Of a stretch of DNA of 64,000 bases, positions 9,402-19,330 are shown one piece after another. Position numbers and translations under genes: made by a program. Positions within the stretch are counted from its first letter, which is position 1. The number at the start of each line of letters is the position of its first letter. Under the pieces are notes generated by a model. It searched no databases, was not told the DNA's origin, and saw only the letters and a program-made list of their open reading frames with translations. Source of the DNA: Lachnospiraceae bacterium (GTDB lineage Bacteria > Bacillota > Clostridia > Lachnospirales > Lachnospiraceae); NCBI GenBank assembly GCA_024685495.1, contig JAIKVT010000076.1, forward strand, positions 37,899 to 101,898. The letters run 5' to 3'.

Positions 9402-11465
9402 ATGGGCGGTTTTGCTGTAAAGAGATCCGATATAGCTGTTGCGGCTTATTTGCTTGCGGCTGTTATATTTTTCATAATCCCTATTCCTTCGTTCTTACTT
9501 GATATAATGTTAGCGATTAATATATCAATAGCATTAATAATTCTTCTTAACGTACTTTTTGTAAAGGAAGTTTTGGATTTATCTTTCTTCCCAACGTTAT
9601 TACTTTTTACGACTATTTTTCGTATTTCACTTAACGTATCATCTACAAGACTGATTTTAACAACCGGTTCTCCCGGTAACGTTGTCGAGACATTCGGTTC
9701 GTTCGTCGGTGGTGGTAATCTTGTCATCGGTGCTATCGTATTTATCGTTTTGATTATTATCCAGTTTATGGTTATCAATAAAGGTTCCGAGCGTGTGGCT
9801 GAAGTATCAGCAAGATTTACGCTTGATGCTATGCCCGGTAAACAGATGGCTATCGATGCCGATCTTAATACAGGAGCCATAACAGAACAGGAAGCTAAAG
9901 AAAGACGTGAGAAGATTCAAGCTGAGTCAAGCTTCTTTGGTTCTATGGACGGTGCTACTAAGTATGTAAAGGGAGATGCCACAGCAGGTCTTATCATTAC
10001 ATTTATCAACTTTATCGGCGGTACGGTAATGGGTGTTGTTAGTGGTGGGCTTGATTTTGCTGCTTCTATTCAGCAGTATGGTGTGCTTACAATCGGTGAC
10101 GGACTTACTGCTCAGATTCCGTCTCTTCTTATTTCTCTTTCAACAGGTATTCTTGTAACAAAAGGTGCTAAAGAAAACGAAGAGTTTTCAGAGACGCTTA
10201 TTCAGCAGCTGTTTGGATTACCTAAGGTGTTGTTTATAGTTGGTGGAGTGCTTATTGGTCTTGGTATTGTTACACCTCTTAATGTATTCTTGTTTGGAGG
10301 TTTTGGTGCAGCATTTATTGTTGCAGGCTTTTCTATGCAAAGGACTATCGGCCAGGAGACTATCGAAGAAGAAGTCGCGCAGGAAGAATCCGAAGCAGAG
10401 GAGATACGTAAACCGGAGAATGTCGTCTCCTTACTTTCTGTTGATCCGATTGAGTTAGAGTTTGGATATGGTATTATTCCGCTTGCCGATGTTAATCAGG
10501 GCGGTGATTTGTTGGATCGTGTAGTTATGATACGAAGGCAAATTGCATTAGAACTCGGTACAGTTGTGCCGATTATAAGATTACGTGATAATATTCAACT
10601 TAATCCGAGTCAATATATAATTAAGATAAAAGGTATTCAGATAACTGAGGGCGAGATAATGTTTGATCATTATATGGCTATGAATCCCGGATATATCGAA
10701 GAAGAAATTGCCGGTATTCCTACTACGGAACCGTCATTTGGACTGCCTGCTTTGTGGATTACTGAGAGCCAACGAGAGATGGCGGAAAGTTTAGGATATA
10801 CGGTTGTTGATCCGCCTTCAATTATTGCCACACATTTAACAGAGGTAATAAGAAGTCATATTGCTGAATTACTTACAAGGCAAGATGTATCTAACCTTAT
10901 TGATAATCTTAAAGAGACTAATCCTGCAGTTGTGGATGAGCTTACACCTAAGCTTATGGGGCTTGGTGATATTCAAAAGGTATTACAAAACCTTCTTGCA
11001 GAGGGTATATCTATAAGAGATTTGTTGTCTATATTTGAAGTTTTAGCAGATAAAGCAAGTACTACAGCTGATACGGATGTTCTCACAGAATATGTACGAC
11101 AGGGGATGAAAGCTGCTATTTCAGGTAAATATTTTGTTCCTAATGAGAAGACTGATGTCGTGACATTAGATCCGAAAGTAGAACAGGAGATTATGGGTTC
11201 TATTAAGCAGACCGAACAGGGTGCATATCTCACTTTAGACCCTGAGCGAATCAGAAAGATTATGGATTCGACAGAAGCTGAGATTAAGAAATTAGAAGAC
11301 TTAGGAAAGATGCCTATCGTTGTATGCTCTCCGATTGTCAGAATGTATTATAAAAAGATGACTGAAGAATACTTCAAAGATTTAATAGTAGTATCCTTTA
11401 GTGAAATAGAATCAAATGTTGAATTGCAGTCAGTAGGGATGGTGACCTTAAACAATGACAATTAA
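9402..11465 (+). CDS. flhA: Flagellar type III export gate protein FlhA
   Basis: 687 aa with an FHIPEP-type N-terminal membrane domain (FPTLLLFTTIFRISLNVSSTRLIL) and a large cytoplasmic C-domain. Strong RBS AAGGAGGA. Confidence 0.97.
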   Translation: MGGFAVKRSDIAVAAYLLAAVIFFIIPIPSFLLDIMLAINISIALIILLNVLFVKEVLDLSFFPTLLLFTTIFRISLNVSSTRLILTTGSPGNVVETFGSFVGGGNLVIGAIVFIVLIIIQFMVINKGSERVAEVSARFTLDAMPGKQMAIDADLNTGAITEQEAKERREKIQAESSFFGSMDGATKYVKGDATAGLIITFINFIGGTVMGVVSGGLDFAASIQQYGVLTIGDGLTAQIPSLLISLSTGILVTKGAKENEEFSETLIQQLFGLPKVLFIVGGVLIGLGIVTPLNVFLFGGFGAAFIVAGFSMQRTIGQETIEEEVAQEESEAEEIRKPENVVSLLSVDPIELEFGYGIIPLADVNQGGDLLDRVVMIRRQIALELGTVVPIIRLRDNIQLNPSQYIIKIKGIQITEGEIMFDHYMAMNPGYIEEEIAGIPTTEPSFGLPALWITESQREMAESLGYTVVDPPSIIATHLTEVIRSHIAELLTRQDVSNLIDNLKETNPAVVDELTPKLMGLGDIQKVLQNLLAEGISIRDLLSIFEVLADKASTTADTDVLTEYVRQGMKAAISGKYFVPNEKTDVVTLDPKVEQEIMGSIKQTEQGAYLTLDPERIRKIMDSTEAEIKKLEDLGKMPIVVCSPIVRMYYKKMTEEYFKDLIVVSFSEIESNVELQSVGMVTLNNDN

Positions 11466-12864
11466 GAAATACCAAGGCAAAACTAAAGAAGAAGCGATTG
11501 CATTAGCCAAGAATGAATTGGGTAAAGATGCTGAAATTATGAATGTCGAAGAGAAAAAATCCGGTGGTTTTTTGGGACTTGGCAAAAAGGTTGTTTATGA
11601 AATAACAGCTATGGTCGACAGAGATATTGATGAGCCGGTTAATATGGCTGCATCTGTCGATAATAAAGATTCGGATAAATCATCTGTATCGAATTCTTCG
11701 ACATATGGTCGTTTTTCGGCAGTTGCAGATCAGGATATCAAAGTGTCATATGATAAAAAAGAAGATAAGCAGGAGTTAGAAGAGACTAAAAGACAATTTG
11801 CTGAGTTAAGTAAAATTTTTAGAGACAACGAGAATCAAACTCAAAGTGCAAATGATTTAAGTGGAAATAATATCTCGTCTAATTCCGGTGTTGTATCTGA
11901 TAATTCTAATACAACACAAGCCGGTAATGACGCATTTAACGACATTACATATTCAAATAATATACCCAGAACATCTAATGCTTCTAACAACAGAGGGAAA
12001 GAATCTGTTGTGGTTTCTTTTGTCAGCAATGATGATAATAATCATCCTGAAGTGACAGTAGAGAAAAATAATAATCATAGATTTGTTAAGACATTGTACA
12101 ATACACTGTTAGATAATGATGTTGATGAGAAATATATTAATCAACTTCTTTTTGATATGGAAAAGGTCTTAAAGAATGGTAAAAATGTCAATTACCTTAT
12201 TTCAAATGTGTATCAGAAGATGATTCTTAAATTAGGACAACCGTCTACTATAAGTATGGCAAAAAAAGGTCCTAAGGTTGTATTTTTTATCGGTTCTACT
12301 GGTGTAGGTAAAACAACGACTATTGCCAAGCTTGCATCTGAATACAAAATGGAACAAAAAAAAGAAGTTGCATTTGTTACTATAGATACATATAGACTTA
12401 AGGCTACAGATCAATTAGGCGAATATGCATCTATTATGAAGATTCCCATGTCGGTTATATATGAACCGGGTGAATTGAGTGAAAAAGTTGACAGATTATC
12501 GGGTTATGATCTTATATTGGTAGATACTTCAGGATTTTCACATAAAAATAACGAGATGAGAGAAAATGTCGTTAAATTGATTAATGAATTAGATGAAAAA
12601 TATGAAAAAGAAGTATATCTTGTACTTTCCTCAACGACAAAATATAAAGACTTAAAAGAAATTATAGATTCTTATAAAGAATTTACTGAGTTTAAAATGA
12701 TTTTTACCAAATTAGATGAGACGACTAATCTTGGTAATATTCTTAATTGCAGATTGTATTCGGGAAGTAGTTTATCTTATGTTACTAACGGTCAAAATGT
12801 ACCTAACGATATTGAAGTCTTAGATACTCAGAAGCTCGTGAAACAGTTACTAGGAGGCGATTAA
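11455..12864 (+). CDS. flhF: Flagellar SRP-type GTPase FlhF (with long low-complexity N-terminal extension)
   Basis: G-domain motifs GSTGVGKTTT, DTSG and TKLDE. The start overlaps the flhA end by 11 nt. The N-terminal ~250 aa are Ser/Asn/Asp-rich. Confidence 0.94.
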   Translation: MTIKKYQGKTKEEAIALAKNELGKDAEIMNVEEKKSGGFLGLGKKVVYEITAMVDRDIDEPVNMAASVDNKDSDKSSVSNSSTYGRFSAVADQDIKVSYDKKEDKQELEETKRQFAELSKIFRDNENQTQSANDLSGNNISSNSGVVSDNSNTTQAGNDAFNDITYSNNIPRTSNASNNRGKESVVVSFVSNDDNNHPEVTVEKNNNHRFVKTLYNTLLDNDVDEKYINQLLFDMEKVLKNGKNVNYLISNVYQKMILKLGQPSTISMAKKGPKVVFFIGSTGVGKTTTIAKLASEYKMEQKKEVAFVTIDTYRLKATDQLGEYASIMKIPMSVIYEPGELSEKVDRLSGYDLILVDTSGFSHKNNEMRENVVKLINELDEKYEKEVYLVLSSTTKYKDLKEIIDSYKEFTEFKMIFTKLDETTNLGNILNCRLYSGSSLSYVTNGQNVPNDIEVLDTQKLVKQLLGGD

Positions 12865-13728
12865 ATGGATCAGGCTGAACAGCTTCGCAATATTGTTAAG
12901 CTTCAAGATCAAAGAAATATTTCCAACGCCAAAGTAATAACTATTACGAGTGGAAAAGGTGGCGTTGGTAAATCCAATATGGCAGTTAATTTGGCTGTTC
13001 ATTTTAGGAATAAAGGAAAGCGTGTTATAATATTTGATGCCGATTTTGGTCTGGCAAATGTTGAGGTGATGTTTGGGACTGTTCCTAAATATAATCTTTC
13101 TAAGGTGCTAGACGGCGAGATGCGAATTGAAGATATAATTACTAAGGGACCGATGGATATAGGATTTATATCCGGTGGCTCAGGAATTGTCGGACTTAAT
13201 AATCTTAATAAATCTCAGGTTGATTATTTAATATCTAATTTATCACGACTTAATGAATTGACAGATATTTTAATTATAGATACGGGAGCAGGGGTCTCGG
13301 ATAACGTATTGGAGTTTGTATTATCATCGCCTGAGGTAATACTTGTGACAACGCCCGAACCCAGTTCTCTTACGGATTCGTATTCACTTGTTAAGGCGCT
13401 TTATAAAAGTCCTGAATTTATAAAAAACGGCACAAATGTCAGACTCGTAGCTAATAAAGTAAATTCTAAATATGAAGCTGATGCCGTATATGATAAAATA
13501 AAGACAGTGACCGGTAAATTCTTGGGTGGAGATATTAAATATTTGGGTATGATTCCACAAGATTCTGCGTTAGAGAAGGCGGTTAGAAGTCAGAAGATTG
13601 TATCTATAGTAAATCCTAATGCGAAATCATCTAAAGCGTTTTCAGAAATAGCCGGTGACCTTTTAGATGATAAGGTTAGTTATAAATGGGGTATTGCACA
13701 GCTTTTTAATAGTTTTATTCATAGATGA
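12865..13728 (+). CDS. flhG: MinD/ParA-type ATPase FlhG (YlxH)
   Basis: Deviant Walker A SGKGGVGKSN. Immediately downstream of flhF. Confidence 0.93.
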   Translation: MDQAEQLRNIVKLQDQRNISNAKVITITSGKGGVGKSNMAVNLAVHFRNKGKRVIIFDADFGLANVEVMFGTVPKYNLSKVLDGEMRIEDIITKGPMDIGFISGGSGIVGLNNLNKSQVDYLISNLSRLNELTDILIIDTGAGVSDNVLEFVLSSPEVILVTTPEPSSLTDSYSLVKALYKSPEFIKNGTNVRLVANKVNSKYEADAVYDKIKTVTGKFLGGDIKYLGMIPQDSALEKAVRSQKIVSIVNPNAKSSKAFSEIAGDLLDDKVSYKWGIAQLFNSFIHR

Positions 13729-13751
13729 TGCATATATAGGCGGGGGAATAT

Positions 13752-14489
13752 ATGAGCAATAAAGAAATTTTACCTGGAAACAGAGTAGACCTTAGGCTAT
13801 TACAAGATGTTAACAGAGAAGAGAAGTCCGGAGGCAGTTCCGGTACATACATGACCTCTGTTTTTGATATTGACGGTGATAAGTATATTTTACATTTACC
13901 GACTCAGGGGGGTAAGATATTACTTCTTCCATTAAATGTCAGGTACGAATTTGTATTTACAACAAATAACGGATTATATAAAGCAGAAGGAACTGTTACT
14001 GAAAGGTTTAAAAAAGATAATTTTTATCTTATGAAAGGTGAACTTACAAGTGATATTGTTAAGTTCCAAAGAAGAGAGTTTTATCGTATGGAGTGTTCTA
14101 TCCCTGTATTGTTTTTGTCTTTGGAAGATGACGAGGGTGAAGCAGAAAAAATGGCCGAGGTAAAGGAAATGATTAAAGATCCTTCAAGGCCTGTTGCTAT
14201 AAGAGGACTCGGTACAATACTGGATATTTCCGGAGGTGGTGTAAGGTTCATTTCTGAGAAAGATTTAGAAGAATATAATTATATATTTGTGCATTTTGAG
14301 GTTCTATTAAATAATAAAAAGACAAATTTGGAAATTGTAGCGAAAATTCTTGCTAAAGAATATAATCCTGATAATAGAAAATACGTATATAGAACGAAGT
14401 TTCTTTTTAAAGACACAAAGATGCAGGAGAGAATTATCAGATATATTTTCGAAGAAGAGAGAAGAAACAGACATAAAAAAATCAATTAA
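13752..14489 (+). CDS. PilZ-domain (YcgR-like) c-di-GMP-binding flagellar brake candidate
   Basis: RxxxR motif (QRREFYR) and D/NxSxxG motif (DISGGGVRF) at PilZ spacing. Located inside the fla/che operon. Confidence 0.8.
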   Translation: MSNKEILPGNRVDLRLLQDVNREEKSGGSSGTYMTSVFDIDGDKYILHLPTQGGKILLLPLNVRYEFVFTTNNGLYKAEGTVTERFKKDNFYLMKGELTSDIVKFQRREFYRMECSIPVLFLSLEDDEGEAEKMAEVKEMIKDPSRPVAIRGLGTILDISGGGVRFISEKDLEEYNYIFVHFEVLLNNKKTNLEIVAKILAKEYNPDNRKYVYRTKFLFKDTKMQERIIRYIFEEERRNRHKKIN

Positions 14490-14624
14490 ATATTTATAAT
14501 TGTAAAAAAATTGCAAAAAACTACAGTTTTATGCGATTTTTTTGCGTTTTAGATGACTATGCACTATTGAGAAGTATATATAATGCTATAATTTTATCAT
14601 CTAACTTTAATAGGAGATAGTGTT

Positions 14625-15215
14625 ATGGATAAATCCGGTAAATATGGCATTGTTGCAATTGCATGTTCTACCGGAGGCCCACAGGCTTTACATAAATTAT
14701 TGCCTATGTTGCCGGAGCGCTTGGGGGTTCCTATTGTTGTATTACAGCATATGCCGGCGGGATTTACCAAGACTCTTGCAACCAGGGTAAATGATATAAG
14801 TGCTTTAACCGTTAAAGAAGCTGAAAATGGTGAATTGTTACTTCCCGATACTGTTTATATTGCGCAAGGTGGTAAACATTTTGAAGTCAAGGGTAAGGCA
14901 GGCAAATTGTATGCTAATGTTTATAAAGGGCCACCGGTTAATAATTTAAGACCTAATGCTGATGTAATGTTTGAATCATTAATTGATGTAAATGTTAAAT
15001 CAATAATATGTGTAGTGCTTACGGGTATGGGTTCAGACGGGACTAAAGGAATTGCACTTTTAAAAGAAAAAAAAGATGTTTTTTGTATAACTCAAAATGA
15101 AGAGAGCTGTGTTGTATATGGCATGCCAAGAGCTGTAGAATTAAGCGGCTTGTCAGATGCATCGGTTCCTTTGTATAAAATAGCAGAAACTATATCTAAT
15201 AAAATAGGGGGATAA
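14625..15215 (+). CDS. cheB: Chemotaxis methylesterase CheB, catalytic domain only (no receiver domain)
   Basis: 196 aa with Ser (ACSTGGPQAL), His (LQHMPAGFT) and Asp (TGMGSDG) catalytic contexts. No N-terminal REC domain. Confidence 0.9.
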   Translation: MDKSGKYGIVAIACSTGGPQALHKLLPMLPERLGVPIVVLQHMPAGFTKTLATRVNDISALTVKEAENGELLLPDTVYIAQGGKHFEVKGKAGKLYANVYKGPPVNNLRPNADVMFESLIDVNVKSIICVVLTGMGSDGTKGIALLKEKKDVFCITQNEESCVVYGMPRAVELSGLSDASVPLYKIAETISNKIGG

Positions 15216-15220
15216 ATAAT

Positions 15221-17347
15221 ATGGATATAAGTCAATATCTCGATATTTTCATCGACGAAACAGCAGAGCATATTCAGAGTTTGAGCGATAATATTATGGC
15301 ACTCGAACAAGAGCCTGAGGATGCAGATACTATTAATGAAATTTTTAGAGCTGCTCACTCGCTTAAAGGTATGGCAGGTACCATGGGCTTTAAGAAGATG
15401 CAACATCTTACACATGATATGGAAAATGTATTCCAAGAGATAAGAAATGGCAATGTTAAGGTTAATTCCAACATGATTGACATTTTATTTGAATGTCTTA
15501 GTGCTGTTGAAGAGTATCTTGAAACTGTAAAATCCACATCAGATGAAGGCTCTAACGAGAATGAAGTATTAATTAAGAAATTAAATGATTATCTTGTTCA
15601 GGCAGAAGGTGGAGAAGTTTCTTCTGATGATGCAGGTGAAGGTGAATCTGCAGAAGAGGCTAAAGAAGAAAAACCTGCTGATGATGGTGCTGCGTCAGAT
15701 GCGCCTTTTAAATCTATTGAACTTGATGAAGCTCAAAAGACTAAAGTTACTGAAGCTGCTGAGTCAGGACTCAAGTTATATGGCTGTACAGTGTTTATTC
15801 AAAGTGATTGCTTGCTTAAGGCTGCAAGAGCATTCCTTGTATTTAAAGCAATTGAAGACTTTGGCGAGATATTAGTATTTAACCCCAGTTCACAAGATAT
15901 TGAAGATGAGAGATTTGATCTTCATTTCAGTTTGATTATAGGAACACAGTCTGAGTTTGAACCAATTAAGACTGCTATATGTGCCGTATCAGAGATTGAT
16001 AAAGTGGAATATGATACTATTACTCCTGATATGTATATTCCTGAAGATGAACTTCCTAAAGAAGAGGAAGCGAAAAAAGTTCCTGCTGCAGCTGCTCCTA
16101 AAGCAGCCAAGAAAGCAAAGAACAAAGATAATGGCGGCGGTGCAAAACAGGCTAAGAAAGCAAGCAATAAGCCTGTTACGGCAAGAACTGTTCGTGTAGA
16201 TATTGAGAAGCTTGATGCTTTAATGAATCAGGTATCAGAGCTTATCATTGCAAAGAACTCACTTGTTTCTATCAGCACAAGTGAAGGTGGAAGTAATAAT
16301 TCGGGATTTGAAAGCCAGGGCTTCCATGAGCAGATTGAATACTTAGAGAGAATTACAACTAACTTACATGAATCGGTTATGAAGGTTAGGATGGTTCCTA
16401 TTGAGACTACAGTTAATAAGTTCCCTCGTATGATTCGTGATTTGTCTCGTAAGCTTGACAAGCCTATGACACTTGTAATGTCCGGTGAGGAGACAGAGTT
16501 AGATAGAACTGTTGTGGATCAAATTGGCGATCCTTTACAACATTTACTTCGTAACTCAGCCGATCATGGTATTGAAGATGCCGAGACTCGTGCACAAAGA
16601 GGTAAGCCTGATGAAGGTAAGATTGAACTTCATGCTTATCAGGAAGGTAATAACGTAATTATCGTTGTTCAAGACGATGGTGGCGGAATTGATACAGAAA
16701 ATGTTAAGAGAAAGGCTATTGAAAGAGGTCTCGTTACTGAAGATGCTGCTGAAGATCTTACAGATAAAGAGATAATTGATTTCTTATTTATGCCTAGTTT
16801 CTCTATGGCTAAACAAATTACTGATATCTCAGGAAGAGGTGTTGGACTTGATGTTGTTAAGTCTAATATTGAAGCCTTGGGTGGAGATGTTGAAGTTAAG
16901 AGTGATTTCGGACATGGTTCTAAATTTACGGTAAGACTTCCATTAACTCTTGCTATTATTCAAGCATTAATGGTTGAAGTTCGTGATGAGAAATATGCTA
17001 TTGCATTAGGCTCTATTCAGAATATCGAGAATATTACCGTATCAGATATCAAGTATGTACAGGCCAAGGAAGTTATTCATCTTAGAGGTCTTGTTATTCC
17101 TATTATTAGACTTGATAAACTTTTAGATTCTGTTCCAAAGGAACAGGAAGATCACAATTTGACTGTAGTTGTCGTTAAGAAGGGTGACAATTATGCCGGA
17201 CTGGTCGTTGATAATTTAATAGGACAACAGGAAATAGTTATTAAATCTCTTGGTAAGACTATTGATAATAATAAGATTATTAATGGTGCTACAATTCTTG
17301 GTGACGGTGAAGTTGCATTAATTATTGATGTTAATGCTTTAGTATAA
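15221..17347 (+). CDS. cheA: Chemotaxis histidine kinase CheA
   Basis: Hpt His box (AAHSLKGMAG) and HATPase motifs (DDGGGID, GRGVGLDVV). C-terminal CheW-like domain. Confidence 0.97.
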   Translation: MDISQYLDIFIDETAEHIQSLSDNIMALEQEPEDADTINEIFRAAHSLKGMAGTMGFKKMQHLTHDMENVFQEIRNGNVKVNSNMIDILFECLSAVEEYLETVKSTSDEGSNENEVLIKKLNDYLVQAEGGEVSSDDAGEGESAEEAKEEKPADDGAASDAPFKSIELDEAQKTKVTEAAESGLKLYGCTVFIQSDCLLKAARAFLVFKAIEDFGEILVFNPSSQDIEDERFDLHFSLIIGTQSEFEPIKTAICAVSEIDKVEYDTITPDMYIPEDELPKEEEAKKVPAAAAPKAAKKAKNKDNGGGAKQAKKASNKPVTARTVRVDIEKLDALMNQVSELIIAKNSLVSISTSEGGSNNSGFESQGFHEQIEYLERITTNLHESVMKVRMVPIETTVNKFPRMIRDLSRKLDKPMTLVMSGEETELDRTVVDQIGDPLQHLLRNSADHGIEDAETRAQRGKPDEGKIELHAYQEGNNVIIVVQDDGGGIDTENVKRKAIERGLVTEDAAEDLTDKEIIDFLFMPSFSMAKQITDISGRGVGLDVVKSNIEALGGDVEVKSDFGHGSKFTVRLPLTLAIIQALMVEVRDEKYAIALGSIQNIENITVSDIKYVQAKEVIHLRGLVIPIIRLDKLLDSVPKEQEDHNLTVVVVKKGDNYAGLVVDNLIGQQEIVIKSLGKTIDNNKIINGATILGDGEVALIIDVNALV

Positions 17348-17362
17348 ATTGGAGGTTTAATT

Positions 17363-17833
17363 ATGGCTGGTAATCAAATGGAAATTATCGATCAGGAGAA
17401 AGTGCAATATATTGTTGTAAAATTAGGTAGTGAGCAGTACGGACTAAATATTTCATTTGTAGATAATATTGTTCGTATGCAGAAGATCACAAGAGTGCCT
17501 AAAGCGCCACATCATTATGTTGGAGTTATAAATCTTAGAGGTGAAATTGTTCCCGTAATGAGTGTAAGACGTAAAATGGGTCTTGAGGATGATGAATATA
17601 CTAATAGAACACGTATTATCATTCTTAAATTAGAAGTACAAGGACTTATAGGTGTTATTGTGGATGAGGTTAAAGAGGTTATTAACCTTGGCGAAGACGA
17701 TATTGATAGAAATGTTCAAAACGCTAATAATAGAGCGGATGCCAACTTTATTAACGGCATTGGTAAAGATGGAGAAGAGCTTATATCTATTTTCGAAATC
17801 ACATCTATTGTTGATGCGGTTGAGACTGTATAG
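17363..17833 (+). CDS. cheW: Chemotaxis coupling protein CheW
   Basis: 156 aa CheW-like domain (GVINLRGEIVPV...IGVIVDEV) located after cheA. Confidence 0.95.
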   Translation: MAGNQMEIIDQEKVQYIVVKLGSEQYGLNISFVDNIVRMQKITRVPKAPHHYVGVINLRGEIVPVMSVRRKMGLEDDEYTNRTRIIILKLEVQGLIGVIVDEVKEVINLGEDDIDRNVQNANNRADANFINGIGKDGEELISIFEITSIVDAVETV

Positions 17834-17848
17834 TGATTGGAGATATAT

Positions 17849-18469
17849 ATGGCAAAACTTAGTTTTGAAGAAGTCAACGAATTATATCTTGATGTATTAA
17901 AAGAAATTGGAAATATCGGAGCGGGTAATGCTACGACAGCTATTGCTAACATGCTTAATCTTCGAATTAATATGCATGTACCTAAAGTAGAATTATTACC
18001 TGTTGAAAAAATTGGTTCATCAATCGGTTCTGAAGATGAAATTATTGTAGGTATAATGTTAGGAGTTGAACATGATATTGAAGGTTCTATGATGTTCCTT
18101 ATGGATATGGCTTCTGCACATTTGCTTGTTAACAGATTAATGATGAGGCCATCGGATTATGATGCTGATTTTGATGAAATGGATTTATCTGCAATCAAAG
18201 AAATTGGTAATATTATAGCCGGTTCTTATCTGTCAGCGTTGTCAAGTCTTACTAATATGGTTATTATGCCTACTGTGCCTTATGTTGCGGTCGATATGGC
18301 GGCATCAATATTAAGTGTACCCGCAATACAGTTTGGTATGATGGGAGATAATGCACTTATGATTAAGACTGAATTTGATGATGAAGTTGCTATTAACGGA
18401 TACTTTATCCTTATGCCGGAAGAAGATTCTTATAATAAGATTTTGAGTGCGCTAGGTATGGCGGTTTAG
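17849..18469 (+). CDS. cheC: CheY-P phosphatase CheC
   Basis: Duplicated CheC motifs (EIGNIGAGNATTA and EIGNIIAGSYLSAL). ATG at 17849 is 6 nt after GGAGA, so the TTG at 17837 in the ORF track is less likely. Confidence 0.92.
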   Translation: MAKLSFEEVNELYLDVLKEIGNIGAGNATTAIANMLNLRINMHVPKVELLPVEKIGSSIGSEDEIIVGIMLGVEHDIEGSMMFLMDMASAHLLVNRLMMRPSDYDADFDEMDLSAIKEIGNIIAGSYLSALSSLTNMVIMPTVPYVAVDMAASILSVPAIQFGMMGDNALMIKTEFDDEVAINGYFILMPEEDSYNKILSALGMAV

Positions 18470-18477
18470 GAGTTTAT

Positions 18478-18966
18478 ATGGGGCAAACAATTAAAGTCGG
18501 AATGGCAGACTTGAACATCTGTAGAGCGCCTGACAGCCTTACGACTATTGGGCTCGGATCTTGCGTTGGAATTGCATTATACGACCCCGCTTTGAAGGTT
18601 GCAGGTTTGGCACATATTATGTTGCCGGATAGTACACAGATTAAAAATAATTCTGTTATTGCAAAATTTGCTGATACAGGCATTTTAAAATTATATAACG
18701 ATATGGTTAAAGCCGGTTCTAATAAGTATCGTATGGTTGCGAAGATTGCTGGTGGGGCTAAGATGTTCGAACTTAAATCAGCCGCTGCTTCCAGTATAAA
18801 TATAGGAGATCGCAATGTTCAGGCCAGTAAAGCGATGCTTAAAAAACTTGGCATTCCTATTATTGCTGAAGATACAGGCCTTAATTACGGTAGAACCGTT
18901 ATATTGGATGGTGAGACGGGGGATTATATCATCCGAGCTGTGGGTAAGGAGCCTAAAACAATTTAA
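18478..18966 (+). CDS. cheD: Chemoreceptor glutamine deamidase CheD
   Basis: 162 aa with the CheD signature (GLGSCVGIALYD...GLAHIMLP). Follows cheC. Confidence 0.94.
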   Translation: MGQTIKVGMADLNICRAPDSLTTIGLGSCVGIALYDPALKVAGLAHIMLPDSTQIKNNSVIAKFADTGILKLYNDMVKAGSNKYRMVAKIAGGAKMFELKSAAASSINIGDRNVQASKAMLKKLGIPIIAEDTGLNYGRTVILDGETGDYIIRAVGKEPKTI

Positions 18967-19006
18967 GTTGAACAGATAATAGGAACGTTTGACTTTGGAG
19001 ATTTTT

Positions 19007-19312
19007 ATGAAGAGAAAAGGGATTCCTTTAATTATTACATTAGTTGCATGTCTTATCACTTGTGTTGTTTCAATTGTACAGAGAGTTGAATTTAGTACAT
19101 TTTTCATTAGATTCTTAGTGGTTCTGTTAATATTTGGAATAATTAGTATAGTAGTTGCTATCATAATTGATAAGAATTTTAAAGAAGAGGATCCTGAGGA
19201 AGGAGATAATGAATCTTCCGAAGAAATTAGTGGTGATAATGATGAGATTTCCACTAATATGGGTGATGGACAATTTTTAGATGAAGATGATGAAGATGAC
19301 GAAGATTTTTGA
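19007..19312 (+). CDS. Hypothetical two-TM membrane protein with poly-acidic C-terminal tail
   Basis: ATG at 19007 is 5 nt after TTGGAGA. Two hydrophobic helices are followed by EEDPEEGDNESSEE...DEDDEDDEDF. No family recognised. Confidence 0.7.
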   Translation: MKRKGIPLIITLVACLITCVVSIVQRVEFSTFFIRFLVVLLIFGIISIVVAIIIDKNFKEEDPEEGDNESSEEISGDNDEISTNMGDGQFLDEDDEDDEDF

Positions 19313-19330
19313 TACGGAGGCTTTTAATAG

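Noticed and set aside
14490-14624. Degenerate remnant of a CheB receiver domain (pseudogenised 5' part)
   Set aside because: The gap is only 135 nt, whereas a REC domain needs about 360 nt. It is extremely AT-rich with stops in all frames, so there is no trace of coding sequence.
18778-19254. 158-aa minus-strand ORF spanning the cheD end and the small membrane-protein gene
   Set aside because: It runs antisense across two + strand genes and their RBS. It has no signals of its own and the product is low complexity.
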